A DNA stretch of 64,000 nucleotides from Oscillospiraceae bacterium (GCA_902799075.1 CADBYZ010000004.1:1294-65293), one strand, 5' to 3'; shown: positions 8,363 through 18,237, counted from the stretch's first letter. The notes: generated by a model not told the origin, from the sequence alone. Program-made: numbers and translations.

Positions 8363-9217
8363 TTGAAAACCTACAACGAACTGTACATCAATACCCGCAA
8401 CACCTTAAAGCGCGCCGAGATCGAGGCCTACGCCCTCGAGGCGCGGGTCCTGGTGGCCTCCGCCGCCGGGAAGACCGTGCAGCAGCTTCTGCGGGATCTG
8501 AACCTCTACACCACCGACAAGGTGGAGGCGCTGGTGCAGGAGTACACCGACAGGCGGCTCAAGGGTGAACCCGTGGCCTACATCACCGGCGACTGGGAGT
8601 TTTACGGCCTGCCGATGAAGGTGACGAAGGATGTGCTCATCCCGCGCACCGATACGGAGCTGCTGGTGGATCTGAGCAAGGAAGCGCTCACCGGCTGGAA
8701 GATGGACGCGCGGGTACTGGATCTTTGCTGCGGGAGCGGCTGCATCACCTGCGCCGTCGGCCACGAGCTGCCCGCGACGAAGCTGGTGGCGGTCGATTTG
8801 AGCGCAAGCGCCCTCGAGATCTGCCGCCAGAACGTGAACTTAAACCGCCTGACCACCCGCGTCATCTGCATGCAGGCCGACGCCCTCGCCTCTCCCCCGC
8901 TGGGGATCGGGAGCTTTGACCTCATCGTGTCCAATCCCCCTTACATCCAAAGCGGCGAGATCGCGGCCCTTGACCGCTCGGTGCGCGATTACGAGCCCAT
9001 GTGGGCCCTCGACGGCGGCAAGGACGGTCTGCGCTTTTACAAGGGCATCATCAAGCACTGGAAGACCCTCCTGCGCCCCCAGGGCCTCATCATCTTCGAG
9101 GTCGGCGAGGGCCAGGCCGACACGGTCGCCGATATGCTGATGGCGGCGGGCTTTTCCGCCTGCACCGTGCACAGGGACACGAGAGGCGTGCTAAGGGCGG
9201 TTGTCGGGAGAATGTAA
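8363..9217 (+). CDS. prmC: release-factor glutamine N5-methyltransferase
   Basis: SAM motif LDLCCGSGCI and catalytic NPPY (IVSNPPYIQ). TTG start according to the track. Confidence 0.9.
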   Translation: MKTYNELYINTRNTLKRAEIEAYALEARVLVASAAGKTVQQLLRDLNLYTTDKVEALVQEYTDRRLKGEPVAYITGDWEFYGLPMKVTKDVLIPRTDTELLVDLSKEALTGWKMDARVLDLCCGSGCITCAVGHELPATKLVAVDLSASALEICRQNVNLNRLTTRVICMQADALASPPLGIGSFDLIVSNPPYIQSGEIAALDRSVRDYEPMWALDGGKDGLRFYKGIIKHWKTLLRPQGLIIFEVGEGQADTVADMLMAAGFSACTVHRDTRGVLRAVVGRM

Positions 9218-9221
9218 AACA

Positions 9222-9316
9222 GTGTGGAGTTATGAGTGTGGAGTGTGGAGTTTTATACTCTCTTCACGAGCAGGACCCCGTTAACTCCAAACTCCAAACT
9301 CCAAACTCCAAACTTT
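9222..9316 (+). repeat. family A element, copy A2 (short form, prmC-recA spacer)
   Basis: Arms GTGTGGAGTTATGAGTGTGGAGTGTGGAGTT and AACTCCAAACTCCAAACTCCAAACTCCAAACTT around a loop of about 30 nt. Same orientation as A1. Confidence 0.8.
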
Positions 9317-9373
9317 ATATCAAACTTCGTACATCATTACTTGCCTGAAAACATGGCAGATTGGAGAATAACC

Positions 9374-10492
9374 ATGGCTGAAAAGAAAAAGGTCCCCGCG
9401 GTCGTCGCGCCTGCAAACGCCGACAAGAAGAAGGCGCTGGAAACCGCCATCGCCAAGATCGAGAAGGATTACGGCAAGGGCACCATCATGCGTCTGGGCG
9501 ACGATATCAACGTAAACGTCGAGGCGCTGTCCACCGGGTCTCTGGCATTGGACCTGGCCCTCGGCATCGGCGGCATCCCCAGAGGCCGCATCATTGAGAT
9601 CTACGGCCCCGAGGCGAGCGGCAAGACCACCCTGGCCCTGCACGCCGTCGCCTCCGCCCAGAAATCGGGCGGTGAGGCCGCCTACATCGACGTGGAGCAC
9701 GCGCTGGAGCCCGCTTACGCGAGAGCTCTCGGCGTGGACATTGACAGTCTCCTCATCTCCCAGCCCGATACCGGCGAGCAGGCCCTCGACATTGCCGAGT
9801 CCCTGGTGCGCTCCGGCGCCGTGGACGTGGTGGTCATCGACTCCGTCGCCGCCCTCATCCCCCGCGTGGAGCTCGAGGGCGAGGTGGGCGACACCGTGGT
9901 AGGCGCGCTGGCCCGCCTCATGAGCCAGGCCATGCGCCGCCTTGCGGGCGCGATCTCCAAGAATAACTGCACCGTCATCTTCATCAACCAGCTGCGCCAG
10001 AAGATCGGCGTCATGTACGGAAACCCCGAGACCACCCCCGGCGGCCTCGCCCTCAAGTACTACGCGAGCGTGCGCATCGACGTGCGCAGGATCGAGACCC
10101 TCAAGGTCAACGGCGAGATGGTCGGCAACCGCACCCGCGCCAAGGTCGTCAAGAACAAGGTCGCGCCCCCCTTCCGCGAAGCGGAGTTCGACATCATGTA
10201 CGGCGAGGGCATCTCCAAGATCGGTGAGATCGTGGACCTCGGCGTCAAGCTTGAGATCATCGACAAGGCCGGCGCGTGGTTCACCGTGGACGGCAACCGC
10301 ATCCAGGGCCGCGACGGCGTCAAGCAGTACCTGGCCGACAACCCCGAGGTCTGCGACAAGATCGAGCAGGAGATCCGCGACAACGCCCACAAGCTCATGA
10401 GCCCCCAGGCCATGAAGGCCGCCATGGCCTCCGGCCGCGCCGCCCCTGCTCCCGCCCTCGACGTGAGCGCGGCGGACTTTGAGGAGGACTAA
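9374..10492 (+). CDS. recA: recombinase RecA
   Basis: Track ORF 9236.. trimmed to the ATG at 9374 (MAEKKK), with GGAGA 7 nt upstream. Walker [10 protein letters not shown] and [10 protein letters not shown]. Confidence 0.97.
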   Translation: MAEKKKVPAVVAPANADKKKALETAIAKIEKDYGKGTIMRLGDDINVNVEALSTGSLALDLALGIGGIPRGRIIEIYGPEASGKTTLALHAVASAQKSGGEAAYIDVEHALEPAYARALGVDIDSLLISQPDTGEQALDIAESLVRSGAVDVVVIDSVAALIPRVELEGEVGDTVVGALARLMSQAMRRLAGAISKNNCTVIFINQLRQKIGVMYGNPETTPGGLALKYYASVRIDVRRIETLKVNGEMVGNRTRAKVVKNKVAPPFREAEFDIMYGEGISKIGEIVDLGVKLEIIDKAGAWFTVDGNRIQGRDGVKQYLADNPEVCDKIEQEIRDNAHKLMSPQAMKAAMASGRAAPAPALDVSAADFEED

Positions 10493-10501
10493 GCCCCGCC
10501 C

Positions 10502-11116
10502 ATGCGCATCACATCCCTGAAACAGACCACCACCGAGCATGTGACGGTGGTGCTGGAGGACGAGAGCGAGGTCAAAACCACCCTCGGCACCGTGACCGAG
10601 CTGCGGCTTTTCGCCGGGCGGGAGCTCAGCGAGCAGGATTTGGACATCCTGCGCCGGGAGTCGAAGAAGGCGCTCAGCCGGGAAAAGGCGCTGGAGCTTG
10701 TGTCCCAGCGGCAGATGTCGGCCAGGGAGCTGAATAAAAAGCTGCGCGACAAGGGCGCGGACGAGGAGACTGCCGATTACTGCGTGCAGTGGATCGTGGA
10801 GCGCGGGCTTCTTGACGAGGAGCGCTACGCCGCCGCCGTCGTGCGCCACTATGCCGCGAAGGGCTACGGCGAGGGGCGCGTGCGCCAGGAGCTTATGCGC
10901 CGGGGCGTGCCGCGTGAGCTGTGGGACGACGCCCTCTCCGAGATGCCGGAGGACACATCAAAGCTTGACCGCCTGGTGGCCGCGAAGCTGCGCGATCCGG
11001 AAGACCGGGACGCGGTGCGCAGGCTCTCCGCCTCCCTCTGCCGCCGGGGCTACAGCGGTGAGGAGATCCGTGAGGCGCTTGAACGGGCAAGAGCGTCGTT
11101 TGACTATGAGGAATAA
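10502..11116 (+). CDS. recX: RecX regulatory protein
   Basis: 204-aa helical-repeat protein immediately downstream of recA, with RecX-like size and composition. The call rests mainly on position and general similarity. Confidence 0.75.
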   Translation: MRITSLKQTTTEHVTVVLEDESEVKTTLGTVTELRLFAGRELSEQDLDILRRESKKALSREKALELVSQRQMSARELNKKLRDKGADEETADYCVQWIVERGLLDEERYAAAVVRHYAAKGYGEGRVRQELMRRGVPRELWDDALSEMPEDTSKLDRLVAAKLRDPEDRDAVRRLSASLCRRGYSGEEIREALERARASFDYEE

Positions 11117-11119
11117 GCT

Positions 11120-12451
11120 ATGGAAGCTACGAATAAAAGCTTTGCAATGATTTCCCTGGGCTGTGCCAAGAACCTGGTCAACAGCGAGCAGATGCTGTAT
11201 CTGATGAGCGAAGCGGGCTTCACGCTGGTGCCGGACCCGGACGGGGCCGACCTTGTGATCGTGAACACCTGCGGCTTCATCGACGCGGCGAAATCCGAGG
11301 CCATCGACAACATTCTTGAGATGGCGGAGCTCAAAAAGGCGGGACGCCTCGGCGGCATCATCGTGACGGGGTGCCTGTCCGAGCGCTACAAGGACACGAT
11401 CCTCAACGAGCTGCCCGAGATCGACGCGGTGCTCGGCATCAGTAATTTCAAGGACATTGTCTTTGCCGCCAACGCCGTCATGGAACGGCGCGCGTGCAGC
11501 CTCTTTTCCGACCAGAGCGCGCCGGTGGATGAGATTCCCCGCGTCGTGACCACCGGGCCGGGCTGGGCCTATCTCAGGATCGCGGAGGGCTGCAACAACT
11601 TCTGCGCCTTCTGCGCCATCCCCTTCATCCGGGGCCGTTACCGCTCCAGGAGCATGGAGAATATCCTGGAGGAGGCGCGGGACCTGGCTGCCCACGGGGT
11701 GAAGGAGCTCATCGTCATCGCCCAGGACATCACCCGCTACGGCACCGATCTCTACGGGAAACGCTGTCTTGCGGAGCTGTGCCGGAAGCTCTCGGAAATT
11801 GAGGGCATCGAGTGGCTGCGCCTGCATTACCTGTATGTGGATCAGTTCGACGAGGAGCTGATCGACGAGATTGCGAACAATCCCAGGATCGTCAAGTATC
11901 TGGACATCCCCATCCAGCACATCAACGATCAGATCCTCAGGCGCATGAACCGCCGCGGCACGGGCGCGGATATCCGCAGGCTCTTCAAAACGCTGCGCGA
12001 GCGCGTTCCCGGTCTGGTGCTGCGCACGAGCCTGATCGCGGGCCTCCCCGGCGAGGGGGAAGCCGAATTTGAGGAGCTGTGCGAATTTCTGAGGGAAGCG
12101 CGTATCGAGCGTGTGGGCGTCTTCCCCTTCTCCCCCGAGGAAGGGACCCCCGCCGCGCAGATGGAGCATGCGGACTATGAGGAGGCCCAGCGCCGCGCCG
12201 ACCTGATCCTGGAGCTCCAGGCCCCGATCATGGAGGACTTCTGCCGGAGCTTTGTGGGCAGGACTATCGACGTGCTGTGCGAGGGCTTCGACGAGGAAAG
12301 TCAGAGCTTCTACGGACGCTCCTACGCCGACTCCCCCGACATCGACGGGCAGGTCTTCTTTGACGGCCCCGGCCGCGCGGGCGATATCCAACGTGTCGTG
12401 ATCGACGATACCGACGACGGCCTGCTCTTCGGGCATTTGGAGGAGGAGTGA
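11120..12451 (+). CDS. rimO: ribosomal protein S12 methylthiotransferase
   Basis: N-terminal ISLGCAKNLVNSEQM, radical-SAM motif CNNFCAFCAIP, C-terminal TRAM region. Confidence 0.88.
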   Translation: MEATNKSFAMISLGCAKNLVNSEQMLYLMSEAGFTLVPDPDGADLVIVNTCGFIDAAKSEAIDNILEMAELKKAGRLGGIIVTGCLSERYKDTILNELPEIDAVLGISNFKDIVFAANAVMERRACSLFSDQSAPVDEIPRVVTTGPGWAYLRIAEGCNNFCAFCAIPFIRGRYRSRSMENILEEARDLAAHGVKELIVIAQDITRYGTDLYGKRCLAELCRKLSEIEGIEWLRLHYLYVDQFDEELIDEIANNPRIVKYLDIPIQHINDQILRRMNRRGTGADIRRLFKTLRERVPGLVLRTSLIAGLPGEGEAEFEELCEFLREARIERVGVFPFSPEEGTPAAQMEHADYEEAQRRADLILELQAPIMEDFCRSFVGRTIDVLCEGFDEESQSFYGRSYADSPDIDGQVFFDGPGRAGDIQRVVIDDTDDGLLFGHLEEE

Positions 12452-12453
12452 GC

Positions 12454-12975
12454 ATGAACACTACTGCCAACAAGATCACCATTGCGCGTATCGCGCTGAT
12501 CCCGGTATTCCTGGTGCTTTGCTACACCGGTCACCGCATCGCCGCCACCGTCGTGTTTATCCTCGCCAGTCTCTCGGACCTGCTGGACGGCTACATCGCC
12601 CGGCACTACAACCAGGTCTCCAACTTCGGCAAGTTCATGGACCCGCTGGCGGACAAAATGCTGGTGCTGTCGGCCATGTGCTTTCTGGCGGAGAAGGGGC
12701 AGATGCCCGGCTGGGTCGTGGCCGTGGTGCTGTTCCGGGAATTTGCGGTGTCCGGCCTGCGCCTTGTCGCCGCCGAGCGCCAGCGCGTCATCGCCGCCGC
12801 CTGGTCCGGCAAGGTCAAGACCACCTGTACGATGGTGGGCCTGTGCTTCGTGCTGGTGTTCACCCGGTATCCCTGGCTGAACATGCTCGTCTCCGCCGTG
12901 ATTCTGATCACCACGATCTACTCCGGCGTCGAGTATTTTATGAAGAACAAGGACGTGTTTCAAGACGCGGACTGA
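12454..12975 (+). CDS. pgsA: CDP-diacylglycerol--glycerol-3-phosphate 3-phosphatidyltransferase
   Basis: CDP-alcohol motif DLLDGYIARHYNQVSNFGKFMDPLADK. I prefer the ATG at 12454 (GGAGGAGGAG upstream) over the track GTG at 12448. Confidence 0.9.
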   Translation: MNTTANKITIARIALIPVFLVLCYTGHRIAATVVFILASLSDLLDGYIARHYNQVSNFGKFMDPLADKMLVLSAMCFLAEKGQMPGWVVAVVLFREFAVSGLRLVAAERQRVIAAAWSGKVKTTCTMVGLCFVLVFTRYPWLNMLVSAVILITTIYSGVEYFMKNKDVFQDAD

Positions 12976-13007
12976 CGCTGTACGCTATTTCTTCGTCGTA
13001 TTTATTG

Positions 13008-13170
13008 TTTCACCGTAGGGGCCGACGCCCTCGGCGGCCCGCACGGTACAGTCTCAAATTGTGTGGAAATCCCTAGTGGTCATTTATATACAGTTTGTTT
13101 TTGCTGTTGATAAGTGCGTTTATTGTGATTTCACCGTCGGGCCGCCGAGGGCGTCGGCCCCTACAATGTC
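13008..13170. mobile_element. family B MITE-like element, copy B1 (about 150 bp, 27-bp perfect terminal inverted repeats)
   Basis: GTAGGGGCCGACGCCCTCGGCGGCCCG at 13015-13041, with its exact reverse complement at 13138-13164. The interior is AT-rich. A second copy lies at 31645-31800. Confidence 0.6.
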
Positions 13171-13258
13171 ACCAATTCCGGACACAAAAACGCCGCTTCT
13201 CTTTAGTCTCTTGCATTATTCGGCTTTTCTATCCTGTTCATAAAAGGAGTTAATATCA

Positions 13259-14710
13259 ATGATCCTGTACAATTCCGCCTCGCGTAAACGGGAAGAGTTT
13301 GTTCCCAACGACCCCAGCCTTGTCAAGATGTACACCTGCGGCCCGACGGTCTACCACTTCGCGCACATCGGCAACCTCCGCTCCTACATCATGGAGGACA
13401 TCCTGGAGAAGTACCTGCGCTACACGGGCTACAACGTCAAGCGCGTCATGAACATCACCGATGTCGGCCACCTCACCTCCGACGCCGACGAGGGCGAGGA
13501 CAAGATGCTCAAGGGCGCAAAGCGCGAGCACAAGTCCGTCATGGAGATCGCGCAGTACTATACCGACGCTTTCTTCGACGACTGCGCAAAGCTCAACATC
13601 AAGACCCCCGATGTGGTGGAGCCCGCCACGCACTGCATCGACGATTACATCAAGATCATCTCGAAGCTCATGGACACGGGCTACGCCTACTTTGCCGGCG
13701 GCAACGTGTACTTTGATACCTCGAAGCTCGAGCGCTACTACGTCTTTAACGACTTCAAAGAGGAGGACCTGAACGTCGGCGTGCGCGAGGGCGTGGAAGA
13801 AGATACCAACAAGCGCAACAAGAACGATTTCGTTCTCTGGTTCACCAAGTCCAAGTTCGAGGACCAGGCCCTCAAGTGGGACTCCCCCTGGGGCGTGGGC
13901 TACCCCGGCTGGCACATCGAGTGCTCCGGCATCTCCATGAAGCACCTGGGTGAGAACATCGACATCCACTGCGGCGGCATCGACAACGCCTTCCCCCACC
14001 ACACCAATGAAATTGCCCAGTCCGAAGCCTATCTTGGCCATCCCTGGGTCAAATACTGGATGCATGTCCTCCACCTGAACACCACCTCCGGCAAAATGAG
14101 CAAGTCCAGCGGCGAGTTTCTGACCGTCTCTCTGCTCGAGCAGAAGGGCTACGATCCCCTCGCCTACCGCTTCTTCTGCCTGCAGAGCCACTACCGCAAG
14201 AGTCTGGTGTTCACCTGGGAAAACCTCGACAACGCCCAGGGCGCGTACCTGAAGCTCATCGCCCGCATCGCCGCCCTCAAACCCGAGGACGGGGAAGTCG
14301 ACGAGGCCGCCTTCAACGAGCTGGACGCGAAGTTCCGCGCCGCCATGGACAACGACCTCAACTCCTCCCTCGCCGTCACGGCGCTCTACGACGTGCTCAA
14401 GGCCAGGACCAATGACGCGACCAAGCTCAAGGCCATCGGCGCGTTCGACACTGTGCTGGGTCTGAGCCTGCTTGAAAAGGCAAGTGTGAAGCGCGAGGAG
14501 CTCAAGCGCCAGCAGGTCGCGGCGGGACAGTTCACCGTCGTGTCCGAATCCGGCGAAGAAGACCCCGAGATCGAGGCAAAGATCATGGCCCGCCAGGACG
14601 CGAAGAAGGCCAAGAATTTCGCCGAGGCCGACCGTATCCGCGACGAGCTCAAGGCCGCCGGGATCGAGGTCACCGACATCCCCCACGGCGCAAAGTGGAA
14701 GAGAATGTAA
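13259..14710 (+). CDS. cysS: cysteine--tRNA ligase
   Basis: HIGH motif (HIGNLRSY), KMSKS motif (KMSKSSG), class I CysRS layout. Confidence 0.97.
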   Translation: MILYNSASRKREEFVPNDPSLVKMYTCGPTVYHFAHIGNLRSYIMEDILEKYLRYTGYNVKRVMNITDVGHLTSDADEGEDKMLKGAKREHKSVMEIAQYYTDAFFDDCAKLNIKTPDVVEPATHCIDDYIKIISKLMDTGYAYFAGGNVYFDTSKLERYYVFNDFKEEDLNVGVREGVEEDTNKRNKNDFVLWFTKSKFEDQALKWDSPWGVGYPGWHIECSGISMKHLGENIDIHCGGIDNAFPHHTNEIAQSEAYLGHPWVKYWMHVLHLNTTSGKMSKSSGEFLTVSLLEQKGYDPLAYRFFCLQSHYRKSLVFTWENLDNAQGAYLKLIARIAALKPEDGEVDEAAFNELDAKFRAAMDNDLNSSLAVTALYDVLKARTNDATKLKAIGAFDTVLGLSLLEKASVKREELKRQQVAAGQFTVVSESGEEDPEIEAKIMARQDAKKAKNFAEADRIRDELKAAGIEVTDIPHGAKWKRM

Positions 14711-14725
14711 GACGATAAGACGCAG

Positions 14726-14765
14726 ACAGCGCCGCACAATTCGTGCGGCGCTGTTGTTGTTTTTA
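14726..14765. terminator. bidirectional intrinsic terminator (cysS / phosphoesterase gene)
   Basis: Stem ACAGCGCCGCAC-aattc-GTGCGGCGCTGT followed by TGTTGTTGTTTTT. Sits between convergent genes. Confidence 0.85.
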
Positions 14766-16586
14766 TCCCTGTATAGACGTGAGCGGGATCTGTCTGAGAT
14801 CCCAGGTGCCGTCCGGGTGGATGGTGATGAGCTCCGCGCCGCGCTGGGCGGTGTCGTTTTCGATGCCCGGCATGGCGAGATAGTCGATGCTCATGCCGTA
14901 GGTCAGGCGGATGCCCTTGTATTCGAGCGACATGTTGTTGTAGTGGTCATGTCCGCAGAAGACGCCCGTGGTGCTGCCGAGCTCGAGCATGCGGTCAAAG
15001 AGCCTGCTCGGGTAGTCGGAGCAGCAGACCTTGTCGATCATCTGCTCCCCGTTTTCGCCGAAGAAGTATTTGACCTCGGGGCTCCCCGCCATGTAGAGCT
15101 CATAGGCGGTGCGGTACTGCTGGAGGGGGATGTGGAAGAAAACCATGGAGGGCACCGTTCTGCCCGCCTCTGCGTTCAGGCGCTCCACCTGGGCGGCGTA
15201 CCAGTCCACCTGGTCGTCGTGGATGTAGTCATAGACGTTGATGCCCTCGCCGGTGTAGGCGTTGGAGTCAAGCAGGAAGAGGCCGGTGTTGAGCGTGCCG
15301 TCGGCGTTTCTGAGCTCGATGAGCTGGTTGTTGCGCCCGGTGATCTCCGGCTGGATATAGGGGTAGAGCAGCAGGCCCGAGGTCTTGAAGGACAGGGACA
15401 TGTACACATCGTTGAGGGATTCCCGGTCCATGGAGGCGATGCTCTCGGTGTCGTGGTTGCCGTAGGTGAAGGCCCAGGGTACGCCCACATTGCGCATGAA
15501 GGCCGCAAACTGGTTGACCGGGGCGGAGTTATTGAGGGACATGGACATGATGCCGAGCGGGAAGCAGAGGTCGCCCGTCACGATGACAAGGTCAGGCTTT
15601 GCGTAATTGATCTCATCGTAGCAGGCCTGCAGGGCTTTGATGTCCTTGTGGTAAGAATAGAGAGAGTTGCCGAGGTGGATGTCCGTCAGGTGGAGGATCT
15701 TAAAATCCCCGTCCCGGGCGGTGATGGTATAGACGCCGCTTTCGTCGTCGTATTCGATGGGACAGGGGCTGCGGGTGACGACGGGGACGGAATTGATGTA
15801 GGGCTGGGTGTACCAGGTCTCCCGGCGCAGGACGACAAAGAGCAGGACAAGGATCGCCGCCGCGGTCCAGATGGCGACGGAGAGGCGGTTGAATACGATG
15901 TTCCGCCGCGCGATATTCTTTCTGAGCGTGACATCGTAAGCGAACACCAGCAGCAGGAAGGCGATGCCCGCGGCGATCATGGCGTTGGCCGGATATTGGA
16001 GCTTATCCCGGAAGATGACCGTGGCGGCGAGGACAAGGGCCCAGTACAGCAGGGAGATCAGCGCCATGCCCCAGAGGTGGCGCTTCGTGAGGTTCTCGTT
16101 CCGGCTGCCGACCCAGCGGTTCAAAAGGCGCAGGCCGAGGCTGTTTTTGATCAGCAGATAAAGCGGCAGCTGGATGAGCAGGATGTTCGACGCCATGTTC
16201 TCCCCCAGCTCCGCCGCCTTGGAATTGCCGAAGAAATAGAAGCTCAGCTCCGCCCCGATAAAGACCGCGAAGGCCGCGACAAACAGCGCGATGGCATGGA
16301 GCAGGCGCTTTAGGTACTGGTCGTGCAGGGCGCAGAGAAACTCCTTTTCCTCCTCGCTCACGTCCGGGCTTTCAGGCAGGTCCTTTTTGAGCCACCGGTA
16401 AATCAGCATCGCGGCGACGAAGAGCGCCAGACCATAGAGTATGTTGAAGGGCAGCTCCCTGTTGCGGTGCACGGCGTTGAACACGGTCCAGACGAGCTCG
16501 CTCACCGCACCCGTCATCAGCAGGGCGATGGCGTAGATCTTGAGCTGGGCTGAGCGGATTGTTTTTTTGACGGTTTTTTGTTCCAT
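14763..16586 (-). CDS. membrane-anchored metallophosphoesterase (calcineurin-like)
   Basis: Multi-TM N-terminal half. Catalytic motifs ILHLTDIHLG, VTGDL, GNHDTE, FFHIPL and GHDHYNN. Start is uncertain: ATG at 16586 or the track TTG at 16607. Confidence 0.85.
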   Translation of the reverse strand: MEQKTVKKTIRSAQLKIYAIALLMTGAVSELVWTVFNAVHRNRELPFNILYGLALFVAAMLIYRWLKKDLPESPDVSEEEKEFLCALHDQYLKRLLHAIALFVAAFAVFIGAELSFYFFGNSKAAELGENMASNILLIQLPLYLLIKNSLGLRLLNRWVGSRNENLTKRHLWGMALISLLYWALVLAATVIFRDKLQYPANAMIAAGIAFLLLVFAYDVTLRKNIARRNIVFNRLSVAIWTAAAILVLLFVVLRRETWYTQPYINSVPVVTRSPCPIEYDDESGVYTITARDGDFKILHLTDIHLGNSLYSYHKDIKALQACYDEINYAKPDLVIVTGDLCFPLGIMSMSLNNSAPVNQFAAFMRNVGVPWAFTYGNHDTESIASMDRESLNDVYMSLSFKTSGLLLYPYIQPEITGRNNQLIELRNADGTLNTGLFLLDSNAYTGEGINVYDYIHDDQVDWYAAQVERLNAEAGRTVPSMVFFHIPLQQYRTAYELYMAGSPEVKYFFGENGEQMIDKVCCSDYPSRLFDRMLELGSTTGVFCGHDHYNNMSLEYKGIRLTYGMSIDYLAMPGIENDTAQRGAELITIHPDGTWDLRQIPLTSIQG

Positions 16587-16620
16587 GGCGCTTTTTTCTC
16601 TCTTCAATGGTTTTGATATG

Positions 16621-17976
16621 TTATCCCACCCCGTAGGGATAGGTGGAGCTGCGGTCGAGCGGGTAATACTTATAATTGCTGTTGACCGGGCGCTCGCCGC
16701 GGCCGAGGGCCCAGTCGATCATGCCGTATTCGATGGCGTCGGTGATGATGCCGTAGTGCCCGCCGCCCGCACACTCGACGACGGTCACGTTGTTGCCATG
16801 GGCGACCATGAGCTCGATGGCCCGCTTGTTCATGCCCACGCCGCCGAACTCGAACAGGTAAAAGCGCGTGCCCGCTTTCGCCGTGCTGTCGCACTGCTCG
16901 GGGCTCATGACATGGCTCTCCACCTCCCAGTGGAGCCCAGCGTCAAAGGTCATGACCGTTTTGGCGGCAAGGCCGTGGTTTTCCCAGAGGATCGCCGCGC
17001 CCTGGCAGGCGGTGTAGGCCCCCATGCTGGCCCCGCAGAGCACCAGATCGTGCAGGAAGACGTTGTTCTCGATCGCCGCCTGCTCGAGGGCCCGGTAAGA
17101 GTCCTCCACCTTGTCCGCCACATGGCCGTAGCCGTTTGCGTAGCACAGGAGCATGATGGCGTTCGGCGGGTCGGGGGCGTAGACATACTCGGTGAGGTAG
17201 TTGTTGGCAAGCGCCTCATCGTAGCCGCCGGGGTAGAAGATCAGGCAGGAAGTCTCCGGCCCCGCGTCCTTGGGGACGTAGATGAGGCCGAGGCGGTGGT
17301 AGTACAAAATCCCCTTTCCGAGGTCGGTGCCCGCGTACTCGGAGTAGTTCACCGGCTCGTCGGTCCCCTCCGCCATGGCGACGATGCGGTCGAGACAGCG
17401 CTGCTTGAGCTTCAGGCTGTCGCGGTAGTCCCCCAGCTCGTTCCAGCGCCGCACGGCCTCGTCCAGGCGGCAGGCGTAGGTCGCCTCGAGCGCCCGGTCA
17501 TAGAGCTTATCCCGGCACGCTTTCATAAGTGTCTCCGCCTCCGGCCAGTCCGTCAGCGTGCCGAGCAGGGAGATGGCCTCGGACAGACGGTCAGCGTCCG
17601 CGTAGGACGAAGCCCTTCGGAAGTCACACTCGAGCGCGCGTGTCGGGGCGTCTTCAAAGTCCCCGAGGGCGAGGAAGGCGTCCTTCGCGTCCAGGTACTC
17701 CCCCGCCGTAAGCTGTGCCTCGGCGGCGGCGTAGGCGTTTTTCATCTCCTGCTGTACGCGCAGAGCTTCACATTCGGCGGCCTCCGTCTCCATGCCGAGG
17801 GAGAGATACAGATCCCGCGCCTCATAGTAGTTCCCCGCGGCCTGATATGCTGCGGCTCGGCTTACGGCCTCGTTATGCTGCTTTTCCTTCCACACACGCC
17901 AGCCCACCAGGCCGAGCAGCGCTGCCGCCAGCAGCACCAGCACGACGGCCAGAACACGTTTTGTCCTTCTCCTCAC
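16621..17976 (-). CDS. hypothetical membrane-anchored protein, helical-repeat N-half plus putative alpha/beta-hydrolase C-half
   Basis: N-terminal TM helix, repeated GDY.DA-type helical motifs, and a GxSxG nucleophile-elbow candidate LCGASMGAY. The likely start is the GTG at 17976, 7 nt after GGAGG. Confidence 0.55.
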   Translation of the reverse strand: MRRRTKRVLAVVLVLLAAALLGLVGWRVWKEKQHNEAVSRAAAYQAAGNYYEARDLYLSLGMETEAAECEALRVQQEMKNAYAAAEAQLTAGEYLDAKDAFLALGDFEDAPTRALECDFRRASSYADADRLSEAISLLGTLTDWPEAETLMKACRDKLYDRALEATYACRLDEAVRRWNELGDYRDSLKLKQRCLDRIVAMAEGTDEPVNYSEYAGTDLGKGILYYHRLGLIYVPKDAGPETSCLIFYPGGYDEALANNYLTEYVYAPDPPNAIMLLCYANGYGHVADKVEDSYRALEQAAIENNVFLHDLVLCGASMGAYTACQGAAILWENHGLAAKTVMTFDAGLHWEVESHVMSPEQCDSTAKAGTRFYLFEFGGVGMNKRAIELMVAHGNNVTVVECAGGGHYGIITDAIEYGMIDWALGRGERPVNSNYKYYPLDRSSTYPYGVG

Positions 17977-18154
17977 CCGCAAGTCCTCCGATTTGATTTA
18001 CATAATATTAGAACCATAATATTGTTGACGGAATTTGATTTACCTACTATTGTTGACATATTGTTGTTTACATAAGTCATGATCCCATGCCTATTCAACC
18101 TTTTTATTTTATCAAATCGTCAATCTTTGCGCAAGTATTTTTCGCCGGATGCGC

Positions 18155-18196
18155 AAACCCCGCTCCCGACGATTGTCGGAAACGGGGCTTGTTTTC
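18155..18196. terminator. hairpin terminator downstream of the GG-leader peptide gene
   Basis: Stem CCCCGCTCCCGAC-gatt-GTCGGAAACGGGG (imperfect). T-rich on the plus side (CTTGTTTTCC) and TTTG on the minus side. Confidence 0.5.
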
Positions 18197-18237
18197 CTGT
18201 CGTTTGTCTGTCACGCGCTGCGCCGGGAGGGCGGCCT

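Noticed and set aside
9236-9373. N-terminal extension of recA in the ORF track (start 9236)
   Set aside because: The extension translates repeat A2. A canonical RBS and ATG at 9374 give the standard RecA N-terminus.
9317-9373. SOS (Cheo/LexA) box in front of recA
   Set aside because: No GAAC-N4-GTTC-like palindrome is seen in the spacer, so I cannot support a regulatory-site call.
9320-10849. 509-aa minus-strand ORF across recA/recX, and similar ones at 481-1737, 10958-12436, 13256-14737, 14754-16313, 27042-28352, 35767-37281, 48646-50301 and 61306-62283
   Set aside because: All are antisense to genes with unmistakable identities (recA, pepT, rimO, cysS, proS and others) and show low-complexity, stop-poor GC-rich translations. 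No RBS or motif supports them.
12976-13258. T-box leader upstream of cysS (and upstream of proS, 35771-35871)
   Set aside because: No T-box consensus (..AGGGTGGTACCGCG..) or specifier-loop architecture is visible. The cysS spacer is filled by the family B element, and the proS leader is only about 65 nt.
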